A DNA stretch of 64,000 nucleotides from Chrysomallon squamiferum (Eukaryota; Animalia; Mollusca), in assembly GCA_012295275.1 (NCBI GenBank), contig CM022673.1, forward strand, positions 2,418,001-2,482,000, written 5' to 3'. Of this stretch, positions 50,001 to 64,000 are shown piece after piece. The first letter of the stretch is position 1; every line of letters starts with the position of its first letter. The notes under the pieces are model-generated. The model did not search any database. It was given only the letters and a program-made list of their open reading frames with translations, and had not been told where the DNA came from. Position numbers and translations under genes: made by a program.

Positions 50001-50094
50001 AGAGAGGCGACCTCTGCTGGCAGATCAGTCTCTGCAGTCTTCTTGCGAAGATTATCAGTCGATTGGAACCAACCAAATAAACAGACCTACTTAG
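43132..50094 (+). CDS. TM7SF3: Transmembrane 7 superfamily member 3 (DUF4203), 10 coding exons
   Basis: Phase-consistent exons: 43132-43198 (signal peptide MYRNLLFIFTTTFILCVNSG), 44346-44651, 45109-45380, 45995-46154, 46496-46588, 47273-47353, 47769-47921, 48537-48634, 49138-49300, 49823-50094. Motifs include FQVHSQ, DPVPGGCN, PGQGAIY, CFVGHRFFKTE, LNILTC.FVGS, FPPCPY and ERRPLL, with seven hydrophobic segments. Confidence 0.93.
43955..44058. repeat. (TTA)n plus poly-T tract
   Basis: Direct reading. Confidence 0.95.
46660..46825. repeat. Degenerate ~36 bp minisatellite (4-5 copies) in TM7SF3 intron 5
   Basis: Unit close to tagcctaaatgtatttcttgttaatccatatttatg. Confidence 0.7.
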
Positions 50095-53000
50095 ACAAAG
50101 TAATACTGTTTTAAGTAAAATGTAAACAGTTGTAGGATGAAATGACAGTCTTCCTTTTAATACTTAATTTATTAAAAAAAAAAATTAAAAAAGATTTTGT
50201 GTCAGTTTACTGTTACTGATATAGGTAGGGAATATTTCGGTGAAATTTTAAGAATGGGAATATTTAAACAGATTGCAAAAAGCTCTGTTAAGGACAAAAT
50301 ATTAGGGCTGTGAGTTCAAAATACTCAAAAAAGATGGCAAAATCACAGCCTTATCACGTTTCAAGATTGGGTTTAAATGTGCACAGAAATAGTTTTGACA
50401 ATGAATTGATTTACTAGAGGATTTTGTTTTTCACCATATGTAAAATGTAGGTCAAATGTCATTATTTTTGTAACTACTAACACATTGATGATTGAACAAT
50501 GTATGTATTACATATGAATAAAATTGAAATATACCTTGTCAGCAGGTAATCAGAATCTTTAATTATTGATAAAATTAAAAATGCTTGATTGTTCTCTGTA
50601 ATTTAAAAACAAATGACACTAATTATAATTGTGATCAAATACAAATCATGAAGATTAGTTTGTATCACAAATGTTTTTTTACATTTGTTTGTTAATATTT
50701 AATTTTTGTTAAACATGTATAAATTTATATAATCACGAATTAAAAAAAACACATTTTAAATGTTTCTCTTTTTATGGAATTTAAAATGTTTTAGTGTTTT
50801 CTTTACAATTATCTTAATTACTAATACCTTTTGATTGTGAGTATTATTTATTTTAAATAATAAGTTGTTATTATTATTATTCCTGATATTATGAGAATGC
50901 CTGACATGTTTGAGCTACCTCTGTTGAATTGAAGCTTTCAAAATAAAAACATGTAAGTAAATAAATAAATAAATAAATTTAAGAAAACAAGATTTAAGGC
51001 ACTTGACATATAGTTAAATAGTTTAAAAAATATATATAACAACAGTATTTCAGAACTGTAACAAAGAAAAAACACATTGGTTAGCCATAAAAAAATCATT
51101 AATTAATAAAAATAAAAATTTAATAAATAAATAAAAAATTCCATCAAGGTGTAACATATTTGGAGTGGAATGTTGGCCATGTTTTGAAACTGATGACATA
51201 GTCTAAAACTAAAGACATCTATATCCAATGATATTGTTACGGCAAATCAAATTTTATTTTACTCTGTCAAAATATTTTTAAAAAGTATGACTCAAAAAAA
51301 ACAACAAAAGAAAGTCATGAATGTCTAGTAGCTCTGTTGTTTTGAAGAAATCAAAAAAAAAAATAATGTATATTTACATAAATATTTTATTTTATATTAA
51401 TGCAAGGTTAATATGTAGATTATGAATTTTTTTTTAAATGAATTGTTCTCAAAGTATGGTACATAGCTTAAATGCAAAGTGAAAGTTTTATTTAATTGCT
51501 AATAATAATGTATGCAATAAAATAAGGAGACCTTGAGGATATGTGTTGACGTAACTTCCCACAAAGAATGTAAATGTACAAACAAGCATTAGTAAATTGT
51601 TGATGCTGCTGCCACATCTATAAAATTTGTGATTTTATTTTATTTTATTTTTTAGTAAAGATTGAAGTTTATGTAATGCTATAAGAAAGGTATTCATATT
51701 TTTATTTATACCATCATTAATTGTATCTAAAAAAGTTAATCAGTACTGAAGTATCTGGCTTTTATTTTTTATTTTTTAGTCTTATATTTATTTTATAATA
51801 ATGGATTTATAGTATGATGGTATTATGACTTAAATATTGTGACTAATACAAGTTATATTCTTTATTGTATGTAACATGTTTAACATAATTAAACAGATTG
51901 TATTCATACTGAAAATAAATTTGTTAATTTTCAGATAAAGATTTTAGTTTTTAGTTTTAACAGAGACAACCATGATGCTGCTGATAAGACAAGTGCTCAG
52001 ACAGAATATTTTCTGTTACAGTTATTGCCAGTTGTAGACAGTTGTAAGATAATACCACAGTCTATTAGGACAGTCATTGGTGTTTTTTAACAATTACCAT
52101 ACGAAATACTGAGAGTCACCTACATTATATTAGGTAACTTGTAGCAGAGGACAGTCATCATTTTTAATCAAGTGATTTCTTACACTAAATATTTTTTTAC
52201 ATATTTCTTTCCTCCGATTGTCCCTTGTCTGATGTCCCATTCAACATTATCACCAGACTGACACAGAATAATAGAAGTTTTGATGGCCAGTGTCTGATTT
52301 AGCTGCCTACAGAGAAAACTCTGTTGCAATTTAGAATATCAGTAATACGATGAAATTTAATTTAGCAATCTACTGTATAGAACAATACATTGTACTTCTG
52401 AACATCAATGTAAAACTGAACAACCTGATTTTCTTCACATAAAAAGGTTTTATTATAACAAATTGTACATTGTAAAATATCTGCTTTGAACTAAATTTGC
52501 ATGTAATAACCAAAACAAGTATTTATCATCAGTTGTAACTTCGTCATAAAGCAAAACAATGGTAACGACTTCGTCAACATTTTTTAATTATCACATCTAA
52601 TTCAGTACATGAATCAGCTTGTTTCCAACAGAATTTTTATTTTTATTTATTTTCTTAACAATTTTAATATTAAAGGCTTTTATTACATTTAAACTTGACA
52701 AGTTAATAAAAAAAATTATAACAACTAAGCCATTAATATGTGGAAATCATAACTGGAGAAAATTGTTTTAGTAGTCTACAAAGCCTACAGTTCATTTGTA
52801 GTATACTGTAAAATTAACATTTTTCAGATTAGAAAGTCTAGAGTTCTTTTGTTATTATGAAAGAGGATCACAGATTTGACATTTTCTGTGAATATGAACT
52901 TTTAAGTTCAAGTGAAGACACAGATATATTAAAAAAAAAATTTCAGTACCACATTTTTTTTAACGTGTATATTTTTCATACAGTTTATCTATTTTGTATA

Positions 53001-53500
53001 TTAGGGATCAATTTTACTCTGAAATTGCTATCTATATGAAAATGTTTCAAATGAATCTCACATACTACTTCATGAATACTGTTATCATGTCTCGCATAGA
53101 CTTCAAATAGTTTTTCAGATCTTTAATGAACGACATGCCATTCCAATAAAATCCACGTATGTACATAATGTATATCAATCATTCCATGATTATGTGTATA
53201 AAAAGCAATAATGGGTGTACACTGTTTTAATCATCAGTTGTACTAAAACACAGTACTGTCTCAACACTTACACTTTCCATCTACCCCTTTTTTAAAATAA
53301 ATAAATAAAGCTTGGTCTGTCCACATATTCAGCAAGAACTGTTACATATTTGAAAATATCCTCCCATGGCTATTCTTTAAGAAGATTAAAATAAAATTTT
53401 ATTTACCAGCCAAATGATTCTGCAATGTATTTCTCAAAAGAAAATGAAAGTAATAATAATAAAAATAAATAAATTTTCTCTTTTCTGCCACTTAAGAACA

Positions 53501-54587
53501 TCACTGTTTATCTTTAGACTTAGCATTATCGGAAGTTTCAGTAGTCAAAGACACAAGTTTTTCTCTTGGTGTTGAGCTCACTTCAAGAATTTCTCTCAGT
53601 GTCTGATTTTCCAGCTGCAGCTGCCTGATTCGTTCATGGTCCTTTATTATATGTTCATCGTCCACCTTGACAGCACTCTGCATCACTCCAGCCATTTCAT
53701 CTATCTTGCCCAACAGCCGCAGAACCTCCTGCTACAGAGTTAAAAATATTTGTATCAAGTAATACAATACTTGTAGTTATAATTTTTTTTTTTTTTTTTT
53801 TTTTTTAAACAAAGAAATACAAAGAATGATAATCATTGAAATTATAAAATACATCAAGATGTGTTGTGTATGTGACTGGATATATTAGAGAGAGATGACG
53901 AGGGTGTGAGACAGAGAGATAGAGAGAGAGAGAAAGAGAAGTCCTTTCAGGAGAGCAAGTTCCTTTTGATGTTATTTTATAAGGAAATAAATTCTATTTC
54001 TGGTTTACCTTTGAATCGTCTCGCTGTTGGGAAATTATTTTTTCTATTTTATTGCTCTTTATGAGTTCTCCAATTTGTTGTCTGTATTTTTTCATTATCA
54101 GTTCCATGGCAGACTGGTGTTCTTCAAGGGACATTTTAAGTTCTCGATTCTCCTGCTGCAGTTCACGGATTTGTCGGTTTTCCTGAGCTATTCCAAGAAC
54201 GAGTGTAGAGCGTGGACGATGTTTTGCAATCTCATTCAGTTCGTTGATGTCATCTTGGTACTGAAACATTAAATATTTTCCATTAAATAATTATTTGAAA
54301 TATTTATTAAGATTTGGAAATGATTTTTAGTAATATTTGTGTCTTTTCATATCCACTCTTGGAAAGATGTATGAAAACCTTTCATCTAGTATCTAGTATC
54401 TAAAATTTAATTAATCAATTAGGTGATAATAATTTACAAAATAATTACGTGCCTGTTTCATGGCATCAATTCTTTTACTAAGTGCCTGCATGTTGGCAAT
54501 TAGTCTGTCTGCAGCTGAATCATCATCCTTTAGTCTATTAACTAACAGGTTTCCATCATTCAGAAGTTTCTCTACAGTCAAAGACAT
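53501..54587 (-). CDS. FGFR1OP2: FGFR1 oncogene partner 2 / SIKE family coiled-coil protein, 3 coding exons
   Basis: Exons 54587-54453 (MSLTVEKLLNDGNLLVNRLKDDDSAADRLI...IDAMKQ), 54260-54009 (YQDDINELNEIAKHRPRSTLVLGIAQENRQIRELQQENRELKMSLEEHQSAMELIMKKYRQQ) and 53731-53501 (KIDEMAGVM...LQLENQTLREIL). The first coding intron is GC-AG. A probable 5' UTR exon has a GTAAG donor at 55315. Confidence 0.95.
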
Positions 54588-55551
54588 TGGCCTAAAAAAA
54601 AAAGTTAATGTTTTAAATATATCATATCATGGCAGTTATTAAATAATGTATGTAGCTAACATTAAGAGTTAAGTGAAAATTTCTTCTCACTTAGTATTTA
54701 GTTAAATGTATTAATAAATAAATATTGTTTTCTATCTCACTGTATCACAATCATTTTGAAATTAAACATTTCTTGGCTTACATTTATTTAGCAAACATTT
54801 TTAATGTTTAGTTATAATTTCGTGTGTCATTATATATAACTAAAATAATAAGCATACGATGTATTTAGTCTGCTGCGACATAGATCTCTCATTATCTGCC
54901 ATAAATTAGCCAGCTCAACTACTGGTGAATGAAATTAACCTATTTAACGCTATTAGTATTAAGTATTATTAGTATTAATTAATTTAATAGTATTAACTAT
55001 TAATAATACCACATTATAATTAATATTGTAATGGAGTATGTTTTTATCATATTAATTCTATAAGTTAAATGTGCAACTGCATAACTAATATTAAAGAAAC
55101 AGCATTCGTTTCAATAAATGAAAATGAATTAATTATCACTCGAATTTCCTGACCAAGTTGAAGTTCGAAGTTATGTTAAAAGAATTTCACTATTCATATT
55201 TTGTTTGTTTTCTCCATATAAATTATTTTTAGTTGCAATTCCAAATTATTTAATTAAAGGTATTTCGTGCGGCCTTTTTTAACAAATAAATTTCACTTAA
55301 AATTAAATAACTTACTCGTCGTTTCCTCAATCACAATCAGTTATCTAATAACCAAAATGTACACTGACAACTTTTAGAATATAAATTTAATAAGGGTAAC
55401 AGTCTAAATAAACAGAGTCCATTCGGGCGATTTATACATGTAATGATATATTTCTGGCACCCTTTCTCAAATAAATTTTTTATGAGTCTTCAAGAAAAAT
55501 TATCCTTTCGATATTGAAGCAGAAGCATTCATATTTGAATACTTTTATTTT

Positions 55552-55582
<31 letters not shown>

Positions 55583-56093
55583 TAGGTTTAATAATTACAA
55601 ATTCACACTAAAGAAAGATAACTCCAGTACCACAGCATTAGCGTAAGAAATCTTTTACAAAGCCAAAATCTTTAAAAAATTGCGTTTCATCTGAGACTTG
55701 ACATAGTACATTATTGACATAAAATGATACTGTCATCTAACATAACTAAGCTTATGAAACACACAAAACATATTAGTATGTATATTTAAAAAGAAAACTT
55801 TAAAAATAATTACTCCCGCACACAAAATTGATTGTAGAACTAAGATAAAAACAAATTTCATAAAAATTATTAATAAGAAGGTGGTCATTTACAATAATAA
55901 TACTAAACATAAAAATAAATAAACATAAATTAAAATTTAACATAAAACTGGTTGTTCATTTTGAGACAGTGTGATAATATATGTATGTTTGTGATTGTGT
56001 TTGTGCGTGTGCGTATATGGATGTATGTGATATTTGTTAAAATCTAATATAATGAATAAAAGGGATAATATTTACTCTGTTCCACCAGCTTTT

Positions 56094-56094
<1 letters not shown>

Positions 56095-56150
<56 letters not shown>

Positions 56151-56180
56151 AATTGAAAGTTGTTTTATTAACATTATTGA

Positions 56181-56220
<40 letters not shown>
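56095..56220. repeat. (CA)n and (ATT)n microsatellites
   Basis: Direct reading. A further (CA)n run lies at 56500-56555. Confidence 0.9.
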
Positions 56221-56225
<5 letters not shown>

Positions 56226-56499
56226 AAATATTAAATAAAAAAAATCAAGCCTGGGGTTTTTAAATGTAGGAAACCCTTCCCTGCCTCTATTAAAATAATT
56301 GGATATATGAAAATACTTGACCCAAAATGACCCGTAAACGTAGGTTTATGGTGTGTGTCGGATTATATTAACAGTGAACTGATAAATCTGTTGACTATGC
56401 GATCAGCAAACAAATCCTGATTAACCTACGTTTTTTGGTGTAGAGAGGTGAGTCGTCAGTTTTGTACCTGTGGATGTTATTTTCTTTCTCACGTAAATA

Positions 56500-56558
<59 letters not shown>

Positions 56559-57019
56559 TATATATCTATTACTAGACTAATACATTATACAGAGCCATAG
56601 ATGCATACATACATACATACTGTATATACTACATAAAGAAGCTCATATCATAAGGAGTTTCTGTCTTAGACATAGTATCATCTCTCTCTCTCTGTATATT
56701 TCTCTCATCTAGTCTCACGATTTTAATACGTACATTCCTACATACATACATACATGCATGCATACATACATACATACATACATACATTTCTATAACTATA
56801 TAATTCATATTAGTACCTTTTTTTACCTCCTAATTTTAAAACAACTGTTTACCTTTCTTTTAAGAAAAAGTGTCTCGTTCCATACAGAATATATCCCCAC
56901 CACCACCTTCCACCATAATGAGTTAGAAAGAAAAAATAAGTCAAAACTCTTTTAATAGTGTTTTTATTTTTTCTGACGCTTTCAGACTATAAGGTTAGAA
57001 TAAGGTGGCAGAAAGAATC

Positions 57020-63738
<6,719 letters not shown>

Positions 63739-64000
63739 GTAAAGATTTCGTACTGGCTTTATCTGAACCAGAATTAATTACTACGTATGTAATTAATGAT
63801 AGCTTTTAATTCTGATTGTTATTAATTGTCAAGATTATGATAACGTCATCAGTTAGCCATAAGGCATTTTTTATTTTATTTACATCATTCCATAAACAGG
63901 AAAGAAAGTATGGGTACTCGGTGGAATGGGATATTAATAATAATTAATAATAAATGTTGCTATGAACAACAGTTCAGCTAATATATTAAGGAAAGCATTT

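Noticed and set aside
49682-50080. 132-aa ORF overlapping the last TM7SF3 exon in another frame
   Set aside because: It starts in AT-rich intron sequence at a non-ATG codon and has no recognisable motif. The true exon frame is fixed by splice phase.

Overview
AT-rich, microsatellite-rich animal genomic DNA with spliceosomal introns. An invertebrate, possibly molluscan, source is my inference and cannot be proven from the sequence. I reconstructed seven protein-coding genes by hand, checking intron phases. They alternate strictly in orientation: TMEM53/DUF829-like (+, 5'-truncated), RFWD3 (-, 14 coding exons), YIPF3 (+, 11), an unannotated 167-aa Shisa-like 6-cysteine single-pass membrane protein (-, 4 exons plus a candidate alternative first exon), TM7SF3 (+, 10), FGFR1OP2/SIKE-like (-, 3, with a GC-AG intron) and a divergent SLC1/EAAT transporter (+, 3'-truncated). 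Introns carry two TA-flanked Tigger-like MITEs, a decayed pogo-family DDE element, a hAT-like remnant and a FLYWCH/Mutator remnant. The most notable items are the SLC1 whose NMDGT..E ion-coupling motif reads NRDGS..I, the Cys-rich membrane-protein gene largely missed by the ORF track, and a TM7SF3-FGFR1OP2 pair arranged as I recall it in human. Most ORF-track entries are microsatellite or intron noise. No rRNA, tRNA or CRISPR array was seen.
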